Source of the DNA: a virus
Taxonomy: Duplodnaviria; Caudoviricetes
DNA: 46,996 nt
IMG/VR virus record: IMGVR_UViG_3300012157_000003
Location: 1 to 46,996 of that record
Direction: 5' to 3' (one strand)
The position numbers and the translations under genes are program-made. Below, piece after piece: positions 10,184 through 19,262 of the stretch. The notes under the pieces were generated by a model, which made no database searches, had not been told where the DNA came from, and was given only the letters and a program-made list of their open reading frames with translations. Every line of letters begins with the position of its first letter. The first letter of the stretch is position 1.

Positions 10184-11395
10184 TTATTTACCTCTGAAAT
10201 ATTTCTTAAGAATTTCTACCTGTTCCTCTTGCATTACGTAGGTGATAATATTACCCATAGCTTCACTTCTTATAGCCTTAGCAATTTCAAGCTGTTCACA
10301 AATCTTATCCCACTCCTCATGAGACGCGTGCATGTAGTATTTGTTGTTAAGTTGCTCGCGAGTTATTGTGTGATTAGGTCTATCTAGTAGTTCTAGTATG
10401 AGCAATTTTTTATGTTCAGCAAAAGATGATTTACCAGAGCCGAGTGTAGTACGCCTTACATTGCCAATAAGTTTAGAACATCTATCAATAGATTGCTCCA
10501 TAGCAGAGATTGATATTTCTAACTTAGGTTCCTGACTTAAGGATATTAACATAGCTACTTTCATTACTGATTCGCTATGTCGGTTCAGGGTACCTGTAGC
10601 ATCCTTCATATCAGTTAAATCCACCTGTTTAATAAAGTCATGATACCAGTCATGATAAAGCCTACCCACAGGGTTAGAAGTATTAAGCTCAAGAAAACCA
10701 CCCTTGAGCTTTGAAAGCTCTTTAAGGTAAACGGCAAGAGCTTTATAATTAGGTATAACGCTGGGGCGATCGATAAGAGCATTAGCAAGATTGCGCTTAT
10801 TTTCATGAATAATAAAAGAGCGTGCGATAAAGCCTCCATTTATATCCTTCTTTGAAAAGAATACCTCGGAGTGCGCGTTATTAATACCACCGAGTATTAC
10901 GAAGTTAGGTTTCTTAAGAGTAAAGAATTCCATCTTAAGGATAGACTCATAATCAGCATGACGATAGGAGCGATCATAAACGTCAGTAAGAATATCAAGA
11001 GAAGCCTTGTCTTCTACAAGAGATGAACTTAATTCACTAGCACAAATAAAAGCAGAAGTATCAACTTTTATTCCTGTTGGTGAACTAGGGTCAGATTTAC
11101 CCGTAGAAATAAGTTTCATTATTCCCTGAATAGATGAGCGCCCTGCTATAACGTGAGTATTATTTATCTCCTTTACGAGCTGAGCGGCCATAGAAATAGG
11201 CGGTCCTTTTTTAAGACCGGAGTCAGCATGTAAGATAACATAGATGTTAGGGTAAGAATCGTATAACCCTGCGCGAGGGAGAAATACATTATCTTTTACT
11301 ATAGCACTTATCGAAGCTAATGCCGCCCAATACCAAAATTCAAGTGGTGTTTCATATTCTTTATGCTGCTCGACTACAAGATCAAGCCATGTCAT
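10184..11395 (-). CDS. DUF3987 (YfjI-like) P-loop helicase-like replication protein with C-terminal winged helix
   Basis: Motifs ETPLEFWYWAALASIS, PNIYVILHADSGLKKG (degenerate Walker A), ICASELSS and GGFIARSFII. Confidence 0.75.
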   Translation of the reverse strand: MTWLDLVVEQHKEYETPLEFWYWAALASISAIVKDNVFLPRAGLYDSYPNIYVILHADSGLKKGPPISMAAQLVKEINNTHVIAGRSSIQGIMKLISTGKSDPSSPTGIKVDTSAFICASELSSSLVEDKASLDILTDVYDRSYRHADYESILKMEFFTLKKPNFVILGGINNAHSEVFFSKKDINGGFIARSFIIHENKRNLANALIDRPSVIPNYKALAVYLKELSKLKGGFLELNTSNPVGRLYHDWYHDFIKQVDLTDMKDATGTLNRHSESVMKVAMLISLSQEPKLEISISAMEQSIDRCSKLIGNVRRTTLGSGKSSFAEHKKLLILELLDRPNHTITREQLNNKYYMHASHEEWDKICEQLEIAKAIRSEAMGNIITYVMQEEQVEILKKYFRGK

Positions 11396-11592
11396 TTTGA
11401 TTTAACAGCAAAATTATAGATCTTTTGATATGCTTGAAACGCTAAAGTAGATTCCTGAGATACATAAGCATTATCCCATACTTCTACGAGCGCAAGGCAT
11501 TCTGGTTTGGTTAGTAAGAGATTAGTTTTGCTTACAAGTTCCAAACATCTAGCATCAAAAATTTCTTCAATCTCTTCTTTAATTTTGCTCAT
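11392..11592 (-). CDS. Hypothetical protein
   Basis: 66-aa ORF with ATGA overlaps on both sides. Confidence 0.55.
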   Translation of the reverse strand: MSKIKEEIEEIFDARCLELVSKTNLLLTKPECLALVEVWDNAYVSQESTLAFQAYQKIYNFAVKSK

Positions 11593-11771
11593 GATGTCTT
11601 ATCCGTATAGATACGTTCTAGAATATCTTCCTGCTTATCACTAATCCAAGAGCGTTGTGAGAAAAACTCAGTAACAGATTCCATGAAGTCTAGTTCCCAT
11701 TTTGAGAGGTTAACTCCATTTTCATTTACGTGATCAATCCATTGTTGAATAACCTCTTTATCCTTTGTCAT
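11589..11771 (-). CDS. Small phage protein (LSxWExDF...SDKQ type)
   Basis: LSKWELDFMESV...ISDKQEDILERIY pattern, common in phage replication modules. Confidence 0.65.
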   Translation of the reverse strand: MTKDKEVIQQWIDHVNENGVNLSKWELDFMESVTEFFSQRSWISDKQEDILERIYTDKTS

Positions 11772-14280
11772 TAATCATCTCCTCAATCTTCCACTTAAAC
11801 TTCTTAAGATCCTTATAGTTGTATCCTTCTTCTACCTCGCAAGGGATAGAAAGTAATCCACGAGGTAAAGAGCAATTACGAAAATCAATAGGTTTCTCAA
11901 GTTCTTCCTTAAGGATTTGCGCCGCCTCGATTTCACGCTCGATTGGAACTTGTACCATAAGCGCATCATGTGACTCTATTAGGATATCTATCCAAGGTGC
12001 TCTCCCTTGTATCTCATGTTCCTCACAACCTTTAATTCTAAGCGCGGCGCCTTTAGTATTTTCACTGACAATTCTCTGTGGCAATGAGCTATAAGCTTGT
12101 CTAAATAATTCATCTCCCCAACGCTCAAAGAAGATTCTTTTTCCGCCTTGAGATGCTTTAATTCCATGAGGAACTGGAGCGATAAGGAATCTGTCTCGTT
12201 CAAGACAATTAATAATTCCATTATGAAACACACCTCTTATCTTAGGTTGCATTGCGTGGAAGGTTCGCAAAGCATCTTCTGCTTTTCCCTCGGTGATAGA
12301 GATATTAACTTTATATTTTCTTGCATCAGTATTAACCGTAGTGGCAGCGCGTTTTGCTCTTGCTCCAAGATGCCCTGCATGGCGTAATGTTTTACCCACG
12401 AATCGCTCAGGTACTTCGTATCCGAGAATCTTCTTAGAATATTTAGCTTCATCCCCACCGAAAAACCATGAAGTGGTGAGAGCATGGTAATCGATTTTAT
12501 TAAGAAGTTCGAGGGCTTCATAATCTGTAGCAAGTAAGAAGACCACTCTAGTTTCAGCTTGTTCTGAGTCAGCTTGTAAAAATACATGACCAGGATCAGG
12601 TACTAACATCTTACGGATATCAGCACCAATGTCTCCATGTTTAGTAATGGTTTGAAAAGCCATTCCTCGCGATTGATGTTTCTTAGTTTTCTTACCATCC
12701 TCAATAGCATGATATTCTATATCAGGTCTAATAGGTGGATCTTGTTGTGATGTAGATGAGCGACCTGTATCTAAGCATAGGAAGTACGAAGTTCTCATCC
12801 TTCCATCAAAATCTGGAAGAGCATATGCGTAGGATGATAGAGTCTTTCTTACCTTTCTATCCTCAAGAATAAGCTCTATGCCCTTTGCATAATTAGGCTT
12901 ATTCTCCATATACTTAGTATCTAAGATAGCACTTAATACTTCCTCACCTACACCCTTGCGTTCGGGTAGTTTCCATTCTTCATAAAGTAGCTTAGCTACT
13001 TGCTTAGGAGAGTTAACATTTACTGGATGACCTGCTAGTTTAAATATCTCGTATCTTAATTTCTCATCCATCTCTATATATTTGAGGATGACTTCTTTTC
13101 TAAATTCACTATCAAGGTTAATTCCTTTGTTTTCAATACCTGCATACACCACTTGGAGCGGGAGGAGAAAGTTTTTGTAATACTGTTCTGTACCAATATC
13201 TTTAAGGTCTTCATCTGTGTTAATGTCAACCTCTTTGGTACAACAAGCGTCACGTGCGCATCCAAGTAATAGGTCGGATACTTCACCTTCATACATTCCC
13301 TCATTTTTATAGAAAGGTTCCTCGGTGTAGACGGAGGTAAGATATGCTAGATTTTTAGGGAGTTCAGGATACATTGCAAATGCTTTGAGCATTGTATCTG
13401 AGTGAATCTTCTTAATACGAAACCCAAACCTCTTAAGTTTATCTCGGTCATAGCCAATGTTCTGCCCTACTATATCATGATTCGCGAGGAACTCAGCTAA
13501 CATCCCGTAAATAGTAGCAAGGCTACTAGTAGGAATACTAGATACACCAAAGCAATTCCATAAAGGTATACATATTCCATCATGTGGAGTAAAAGCAATC
13601 CCAACACAAATAGGAATGCATTGCCAAGCCTCGATATCGATCGCAGGATATAGATACCCTTTATTTCTATCCAAGAATTCTTTAAACTCATGCGGTGAGC
13701 TTATAACTTTTAGGCTTCGCTGTGGGAGCCTTATATCTTTGAATTCACTTTGTTTCTTTACACGTACAAGGTCTGTTTGTAGGATATTCTTCGCCCAATA
13801 TCCTCCAGCCTCTCCTCCAGAGTATAATATGTGCGCTGGATGGTATGAACCTACCGTTTTTATCCCTCCAACACCACTCAGAATGCTTCCTCTCCAATCT
13901 TCTATGCCACTCTTTCCAGTTGTTGCCCATAGAGCTGTTCCTCCTAGAGGAACTATAATATTGGGTTGAAGATGTAAGAGTTCTTTACGGAGATTCTCTA
14001 ATTCTTTTGTTAAATCTACTCCACTAGTGTGAGCTCTGACTGCAAAAGGTATTTGCTTTTCTCCCTTTCGGTTTGGTGTAACATAGTACTTACATACGTT
14101 AGTAACCCAACAATTACTACGAGAGATACCAACGTCGGATAGTAAACTATTAAGTAATTTACCACTGGCGCCAACAAACGGTTTGAGAGCAAGTAATTCT
14201 TCATGGCCTGGAGATTCTCCTACAAAAACTATCTTAGGGTTTATAGGTCCTTCACCGGGTACATATGTTTTAGAGTCCAT
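11758..14280 (-). CDS. polA: Family A DNA polymerase with N-terminal family-4-like uracil-DNA glycosylase domain and 3'-5' exonuclease (SPO1-type architecture)
   Basis: UDG motifs VPGEG, VGESPG, PFVGASG, TNVCK and YHPA. Exonuclease motifs DIE, QNIGYD and HSDTM. Polymerase motifs TGR, A (ADSEQAETR), B (RFVGKTLRHAGHLG) and C (SHDAL). Confidence 0.93.
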   Translation of the reverse strand: MDSKTYVPGEGPINPKIVFVGESPGHEELLALKPFVGASGKLLNSLLSDVGISRSNCWVTNVCKYYVTPNRKGEKQIPFAVRAHTSGVDLTKELENLRKELLHLQPNIIVPLGGTALWATTGKSGIEDWRGSILSGVGGIKTVGSYHPAHILYSGGEAGGYWAKNILQTDLVRVKKQSEFKDIRLPQRSLKVISSPHEFKEFLDRNKGYLYPAIDIEAWQCIPICVGIAFTPHDGICIPLWNCFGVSSIPTSSLATIYGMLAEFLANHDIVGQNIGYDRDKLKRFGFRIKKIHSDTMLKAFAMYPELPKNLAYLTSVYTEEPFYKNEGMYEGEVSDLLLGCARDACCTKEVDINTDEDLKDIGTEQYYKNFLLPLQVVYAGIENKGINLDSEFRKEVILKYIEMDEKLRYEIFKLAGHPVNVNSPKQVAKLLYEEWKLPERKGVGEEVLSAILDTKYMENKPNYAKGIELILEDRKVRKTLSSYAYALPDFDGRMRTSYFLCLDTGRSSTSQQDPPIRPDIEYHAIEDGKKTKKHQSRGMAFQTITKHGDIGADIRKMLVPDPGHVFLQADSEQAETRVVFLLATDYEALELLNKIDYHALTTSWFFGGDEAKYSKKILGYEVPERFVGKTLRHAGHLGARAKRAATTVNTDARKYKVNISITEGKAEDALRTFHAMQPKIRGVFHNGIINCLERDRFLIAPVPHGIKASQGGKRIFFERWGDELFRQAYSSLPQRIVSENTKGAALRIKGCEEHEIQGRAPWIDILIESHDALMVQVPIEREIEAAQILKEELEKPIDFRNCSLPRGLLSIPCEVEEGYNYKDLKKFKWKIEEMINDKG

Positions 14281-14519
14281 TATGAATCAAGTTCCTTAAG
14301 AAAGTTTGCGATCTCTCTTAAGCATATCATATCAAAAACTATTGTATCACCTGCTGTGCTAAACACATACTTATTCCAATCTTCATAATAATTTATCCAT
14401 CCAAGATTTACGCCCTTTTTATTCCAAACTCTATAATTTCTAGGAGAGATTGCAGCAACTCTAGTTTGTGCTTCAACCTCTTCAAATCTCAGAAACTTTG
14501 TAGTTTTAATTATATTCAT
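14280..14519 (-). CDS. Hypothetical protein
   Basis: Listed ORF 14280..14567; ATG at 14519 avoids overlap with the upstream gene. Confidence 0.55.
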   Translation of the reverse strand: MNIIKTTKFLRFEEVEAQTRVAAISPRNYRVWNKKGVNLGWINYYEDWNKYVFSTAGDTIVFDMICLREIANFLKELDS

Positions 14520-14520
14520 A

Positions 14521-14760
14521 TTAGGATACCTTAAGAATCTTAAGAGCTTTCTTACGTGAGCTAACACGTTTAATTCTATTCATGTTACGAGCAAGTCTAA
14601 GATTCTCACTCGCGAGTCCAGTCGAAGTTTTAAAGTACTTCGCTGTATGTTCTAGCTTATGATCTTTATTCTTAGATTTCATAACAACATGATAGAGATA
14701 CATAACACGTACTCTGCCTTGCCAAGTAGAACATTGAGAATACTTCTCTTTGTAGGTCAT
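14521..14760 (-). CDS. Small basic HTH protein resembling a ParB-type HTH without the CTPase domain
   Basis: LEHTAKYFKTSTGLASENLRLA helix-turn-helix pattern. Confidence 0.5.
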   Translation of the reverse strand: MTYKEKYSQCSTWQGRVRVMYLYHVVMKSKNKDHKLEHTAKYFKTSTGLASENLRLARNMNRIKRVSSRKKALKILKVS

Positions 14761-15110
14761 TAGCCGTTCAACGATTTGAATTCACCACAATTAACGTCTA
14801 CTTCATTATTTGTTTTCTGCCAGAGTTTCCAAATAAAATCTATAACTCCGGCTTGAACGATTTTCCAAATATCAGAATGGGTAGTAAAGTTATTCGGAAT
14901 TTGGATTGCATAGTAGGGAATAAGTGGGTTATCTAACTTATCATATTGAACCTTGGGGATAATATAAGCAATCTTAAAATCTTCTGTCTTACCTTCTTTA
15001 GTTCTTACTTCAAAAGTACATTGCCCATCAGCTCTATAAAACTGAAGCCCATCTCCTAATATAGGACGGCACGATTCCATTAGAAATTCAAGATGTTCTT
15101 GAGGAGTCAT
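14760..15110 (-). CDS. Hypothetical protein
   Basis: 116-aa ORF coupled to both neighbours. Confidence 0.55.
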   Translation of the reverse strand: MTPQEHLEFLMESCRPILGDGLQFYRADGQCTFEVRTKEGKTEDFKIAYIIPKVQYDKLDNPLIPYYAIQIPNNFTTHSDIWKIVQAGVIDFIWKLWQKTNNEVDVNCGEFKSLNG

Positions 15111-15382
15111 TAATCTATTACCTCAATTTTAATAGCACGCCAGCCCTTATCCTCAAACTTAACGAGATCAAATCTTACCTTAGTACCTTTAGTAAGTTCT
15201 TTAAAGTTTAGGGTATTAGGTAACAAGGCAGTCCAATGGAAAAAGATTCTCGTATAAGGTTTAGCCCGCGAGGCAATAAAACCAAATCCACCTTTACCCT
15301 CTTCATCAAAAATCTTAGAGATGGTTCCTTCAATACGTTCAATCTTAGTTGTATCTAGTGGGATAACTTCGGCTTCTTTCAT
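15110..15382 (-). CDS. Cold-shock domain (OB-fold) nucleic-acid-binding protein
   Basis: RNP1 GFGFI, RNP2 IFFHWTAL, and FKELTKGTKVRF...KGWRAIKI. Confidence 0.85.
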   Translation of the reverse strand: MKEAEVIPLDTTKIERIEGTISKIFDEEGKGGFGFIASRAKPYTRIFFHWTALLPNTLNFKELTKGTKVRFDLVKFEDKGWRAIKIEVID

Positions 15383-15396
15383 TATGTATCCTATAT

Positions 15397-15475
15397 AAAA
15401 AAGAGGATGTGCAGCGTTTGAGTTTGTCTATGGCAATGATACCATGTTAATCAAACTTACTACTGCACACCCTAT
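15397..15475 (-). terminator. Long hairpin followed by a U-tract upstream of the cold-shock gene
   Basis: Minus strand AGGGTGTGCAG..TAAGTTTG..ATGG..CCAT..CAAACTCA..CTGCACATCCT followed by CTTTTTT. Confidence 0.55.
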
Positions 15476-15532
15476 CCATCCGATTCGTTAACAAATAGCT
15501 CAGAGTAGAGCTAGTGAACTTCTATTACCTAG

Positions 15533-15721
15533 TTACTCGTCATTGCTATTAGGATCATCGGATGAATCTTCGTCATTAAGATCATCATCGTCATCGTCAT
15601 CAAGATCTACTTCTTCTTCATCAGACTTCTTAGGCTTTTCCTCAACATCATCCTTATCAGGATCTACATTGGGAGGAAATTCTTCTTCATTTTCAGGAGC
15701 GATACCGTAAAGGTTTTCCAT
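15533..15721 (-). CDS. Very acidic 62-aa protein
   Basis: About half the residues are D/E; fits the operon spacing. Confidence 0.6.
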   Translation of the reverse strand: MENLYGIAPENEEEFPPNVDPDKDDVEEKPKKSDEEEVDLDDDDDDDLNDEDSSDDPNSNDE

Positions 15722-15724
15722 TAG

Positions 15725-15943
15725 TTAATCACTCTCAATCTTGTTGATAAAGTCTCTAACTTCTTCACTAGCATCATACATCTTAATAGCATAATTAGCT
15801 TTATCGAGTGCGGATTGTGCTCTATTTCTTTCTATTACCATACGTTCTCTGAAAGGTAATGGTCTTTGTTGTTGTTGTGGAGGAAATCCCTGATTAGGTA
15901 ATCCCCTATTTAACATTGCTGCAATATTGGGTGGAATTGGCAT
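15725..15943 (-). CDS. Hypothetical P/Q-rich protein
   Basis: 72-aa ORF with RBS AAGGA. Confidence 0.6.
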   Translation of the reverse strand: MPIPPNIAAMLNRGLPNQGFPPQQQQRPLPFRERMVIERNRAQSALDKANYAIKMYDASEEVRDFINKIESD

Positions 15944-15969
15944 TTAGTTTCCTTTTAAATTAAAAAATG

Positions 15970-16134
15970 CTATTGATAACCAGTTCCATCCCAACCACCA
16001 GCACCACATCCTCCAATAATACAACCCCGTATAATAATTCTAATCCATGTAGCTAAAGTAATAAAGTTTACGCTGCAAAGAAGGCCAATTCCCATAAGAG
16101 CAATAGCTGTCTCAATCTTACGTGCTTTAGTCAT
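15970..16134 (-). CDS. 54-aa single-helix membrane peptide with Gly/Cys-rich tail (not in ORF track)
   Basis: Hand translation MTKARKIETAIALMGIGLLCSVNFITLATWIRIIIRGCIIGGCGAGGWDGTGYQ; RBS GGAG. Confidence 0.55.
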   Translation of the reverse strand: MTKARKIETAIALMGIGLLCSVNFITLATWIRIIIRGCIIGGCGAGGWDGTGYQ

Positions 16135-16273
16135 TATGTTCTCCAAAAGTTAAAGTTAAAAGATGCTCGCTGGATGAACCCCACCCTGACATAGTGTCTA
16201 GTTATTCCGAGCGTATTACCCTAGCATCCAGTTATTGTTACCTAATCATCTAGACGATGTTAGAAGGTAACAA

Positions 16274-16672
16274 CTACTCCGCTGGTGCTGCCCTATAACT
16301 ACCCTTTACCTGATTCTGAAGTCTTCCATCAAACTCACCATTGCCAATGAATACAACAATTTTCTTATTGGCAACGGCACTCCAATCAAGTTTAGTACCT
16401 TCTTCGATTGTTACTCCAAGAGCTGCAAAGAATGGAATCATAAAATCAGGACGCTTTGAGTTAAAGGTCCAGAATGGAAGTGGAACTCCTGCAAACTGAG
16501 TACTTCCATTATCTGCATCCTTAATGATTTCCGCATCATCAATGATGTAGTTCTTTGACTTACCATCCTTTGACATTGCTTCACTAACAGTATTGATTGT
16601 CACGAGATAGTTAGAAGGGGTGACAATCTGCGAACGAAGCATGTCCTTCTTGGAGAATTGAATTACTGACAT
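16274..16672 (-). CDS. DUF669-like single-stranded DNA-binding protein
   Basis: Y-x-V-x-I start, SKDGKSKN and EFDGRLQNQV end; directly follows the AAA_24 gene. Confidence 0.65.
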   Translation of the reverse strand: MSVIQFSKKDMLRSQIVTPSNYLVTINTVSEAMSKDGKSKNYIIDDAEIIKDADNGSTQFAGVPLPFWTFNSKRPDFMIPFFAALGVTIEEGTKLDWSAVANKKIVVFIGNGEFDGRLQNQVKGSYRAAPAE

Positions 16673-16690
16673 TTTGTTTTTGTCCTTTGT

Positions 16691-17521
16691 TTATATTGGT
16701 GTTAGTTGGTTTGTTGTTGGGAGTGATGTGGTTGAGCCAGCCATAAGCGATTTAATAGCAGGCTCGATGAAAGTAGGATACAATTGTTGGTCTTTGAATT
16801 TGATTTCGCGAGGCAAAGGGAGAGCAGTACGTGCAAAATCTTCACCTGTGTGCGAAGTAAAGATCCTATAGTCACCTTCCTCCCCCGATACGAGAGCTTT
16901 GGTAATATCAAAATGATATACCTCACGACAAACCGCAGGAATCATACCTGAGATTTGCTTACCCCCCGTAATAATAATTCTTGCATGAGCGGTAACACCA
17001 ACTTCATCAGACTTACGTTCACCAACTACGTGAGCAATAAGGATTACGTTAGTATCGTTCAGCTCAATCATATCTTGGCAGTTAGACATAATTTCTTGGA
17101 AGGCAGCGAACTCCGCTTTATAATCTTCCATTGTATTAACTGCGATTCCACCTACACGGCGACCAGATTCCTCACCAGATTTATTAGTGGAACCTTTCTT
17201 ATCACCTCGCGTTTGTTTATTAATGATAAGACCTGCGAGAGTAACAGAGTCAATAATAACTGTACGAAATGGGCAATTAAGTCTTAGCTGTTCTAGTTTA
17301 TTAATCAGCTTATAGTGCTCACTATAATCATCGTAGTTAATTTTTGACTTATCGATCCCCCATTTTTTAGCAGGAAGAGCTAGAGCACTCATCTTTCTAT
17401 CGGTACTAAACCAATATTGTGGCCCTGGCCAAGTCATAGCTTGAGTAGATTTACGAGTTCCAGGTTCACCCTTGAACATAGCGAACATCTTAGAAGGATC
17501 AACATCATTTAGGGTTGGCAT
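16691..17521 (-). CDS. AAA_24 / Sak4-like recombination ATPase
   Basis: Walker A GEPGTRKST, Walker B TVIIDSVT, and NVILIAH. Confidence 0.85.
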   Translation of the reverse strand: MPTLNDVDPSKMFAMFKGEPGTRKSTQAMTWPGPQYWFSTDRKMSALALPAKKWGIDKSKINYDDYSEHYKLINKLEQLRLNCPFRTVIIDSVTLAGLIINKQTRGDKKGSTNKSGEESGRRVGGIAVNTMEDYKAEFAAFQEIMSNCQDMIELNDTNVILIAHVVGERKSDEVGVTAHARIIITGGKQISGMIPAVCREVYHFDITKALVSGEEGDYRIFTSHTGEDFARTALPLPREIKFKDQQLYPTFIEPAIKSLMAGSTTSLPTTNQLTPI

Positions 17522-17524
17522 TAT

Positions 17525-17776
17525 TTAATTCTCATGATTATGTTTAATATCTTTCTTTTCAATCATTTCAACAAGAGTTTCTACATGACAGACAAGACAA
17601 GAGTTAGAAAGAATCTCATTATCTTTTCCCTTATGTATCATAACCACGTAGTGAACATCTTCAACATCAGCGATTGCCATGAAATCCTTAAGAGAATCCT
17701 TAAGATCCTCAAAAACTTCTGGTTCAAGATTTTTAAATAGCATCGTCGTGTCCAATATCCCAAGGCTTACCAACAC
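17525..17776 (-). CDS. Hypothetical protein (true start probably internal, at MLFKN)
   Basis: ORF fills the gap; CxxCH near the C-terminus. Confidence 0.5.
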   Translation of the reverse strand: MLVSLGILDTTMLFKNLEPEVFEDLKDSLKDFMAIADVEDVHYVVMIHKGKDNEILSNSCLVCHVETLVEMIEKKDIKHNHEN

Positions 17777-18638
17777 GGTATTGTGTTTGCTTTATTACTT
17801 CTCTATTAGCACGGTCGGATTCATCAATAGCATAGAAGTTACATTTACCGTATTGACCCTCACAATTATAGGTAAAAGGAAAATGACCAGCCTCAGTATA
17901 GGCTATTAACATACGAGCATGATGTGGTACGGTAACATTAGCCCATTCTGCTAGGCGGTCTACGGAATAAGGAATATAAACCCTTTGGAATTTTTCCTCT
18001 GGAGCTAAAGAAGTTTGCCAACCAATCTTATTAATCCGCACCTGACGCGAGGCCATAATAATACTTTGGCCCATAAATTGATTATTAAGAGATAACGTAT
18101 CTCTCCTTTGAGACATTGTTTTATGGTCAGTAGGTAAGAATCCCCCAGGAGTATCTTCGATAAGATCAAATTTTGCTTTCCAAAGAATCTGCATCTCATC
18201 ATCTTTATAAATCAAATGAGACTTAACACATTCCACACCTACGGGAGTAAAGCTATCATTGCGCCAAAAATCAAAATATTCATGCATAGTAGCAAACACA
18301 TAACGCCATCCAAGACGGTCTGGTTTCTTAGTAGATTCTTCTGGAGTATTGAGAATCCCAAGATGATCCTTTTCTTTAACATATTTATTAGTTTCTTTAT
18401 AGGCTACGAGATACTCTTTACCCGCCTCAAATCCAATATCAATAGCATCATTCCTATTCTTACCTTCAATTCGAGCTTTATAGAAAAACTCAAGAATTGT
18501 ATGGGTAAGAGAACCACATTCAAGAGAATTAGATTTACCTTCGTTCTTCTCTAGATTCTCATTGAATCTGTAGTTAAAAGCCGCAGGGCATTTCATCAAT
18601 GCCGTGAGAACCTGAGAATCCATTACTATGTGATGCAT
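17733..18638 (-). CDS. PD-(D/E)XK exonuclease (PDDEXK_1/Cas4-like)
   Basis: DSQVLTALMKCP, GSLTH, VE, AKFDLI, TDHKT and C-terminal C...C cluster. Confidence 0.85.
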   Translation of the reverse strand: MHHIVMDSQVLTALMKCPAAFNYRFNENLEKNEGKSNSLECGSLTHTILEFFYKARIEGKNRNDAIDIGFEAGKEYLVAYKETNKYVKEKDHLGILNTPEESTKKPDRLGWRYVFATMHEYFDFWRNDSFTPVGVECVKSHLIYKDDEMQILWKAKFDLIEDTPGGFLPTDHKTMSQRRDTLSLNNQFMGQSIIMASRQVRINKIGWQTSLAPEEKFQRVYIPYSVDRLAEWANVTVPHHARMLIAYTEAGHFPFTYNCEGQYGKCNFYAIDESDRANREVIKQTQYRVGKPWDIGHDDAI

Positions 18639-18639
18639 T

Positions 18640-18906
18640 TTAGAACCCGCCGTATTTATAAGCAGTACGCCGAGCAGTAACCATAAACATAAAAATTTTA
18701 GCTAACTCATCATTTCTTCCACACATACTTGAAACTACTACAAGCATGGCTTCAATATAAGAAGGATCGTTAGCAACTAAGTAATGTAGTTCCATTACTT
18801 TTTCCATATCCTTTTTATCTTGATTATGTTTGGGACCTAGAGATTCATGAGCCTCTATAATTCCTTTAGCATATTCAACAATTGAATCTTCAATAGTTTT
18901 ATTCAT
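18640..18906 (-). CDS. Hypothetical protein
   Basis: 88-aa coupled ORF. Confidence 0.55.
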   Translation of the reverse strand: MNKTIEDSIVEYAKGIIEAHESLGPKHNQDKKDMEKVMELHYLVANDPSYIEAMLVVVSSMCGRNDELAKIFMFMVTARRTAYKYGGF

Positions 18907-19115
18907 TTTTCACCTAACAGTTCATCAAAATCAATAGTTTCAAGAGGTATTTCATCTAATTCCATTTGCTGGAGCTTTTCTTCTAGCTTGACTTTACAAA
19001 CATCACACATATCCATATCAGCATCATGATTAATTGTGGGGCAAACAGCATTATCTACCTCACACTCGTAGGGGGACTTACAATATTTACAAATATGAAA
19101 CTTTTGGTAGCACAT
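18903..19115 (-). CDS. Cys-rich hypothetical protein
   Basis: CKYC, C...C and CDVC. Confidence 0.55.
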   Translation of the reverse strand: MCYQKFHICKYCKSPYECEVDNAVCPTINHDADMDMCDVCKVKLEEKLQQMELDEIPLETIDFDELLGEK

Positions 19116-19121
19116 TTTAGG

Positions 19122-19262
19122 TCAGTCTTTTAAAAAGAAAGATTTACTACAAACAGCACAAAGATAATAAGTCCCATTTATTACACGGAGAACAAGTTCT
19201 ATCAGAGTGATGTCTTCATTTTGACAATGAGGACACTTAGGTGGTGGGAGTTTTGGATTCAT
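19122..19262 (-). CDS. 46-aa zinc-ribbon protein (not in ORF track)
   Basis: Hand translation MNPKLPPPKCPHCQNEDITLIELVLRVINGTYYLCAVCSKSFFLKD; ATGA overlap with the helicase stop. Confidence 0.6.
   Translation of the reverse strand: MNPKLPPPKCPHCQNEDITLIELVLRVINGTYYLCAVCSKSFFLKD

Noticed and set aside
17733-18638. Cas4-like nuclease as part of a CRISPR system
   Set aside because: It sits in the standard nuclease, AAA_24, SSB recombination module with no other cas gene.
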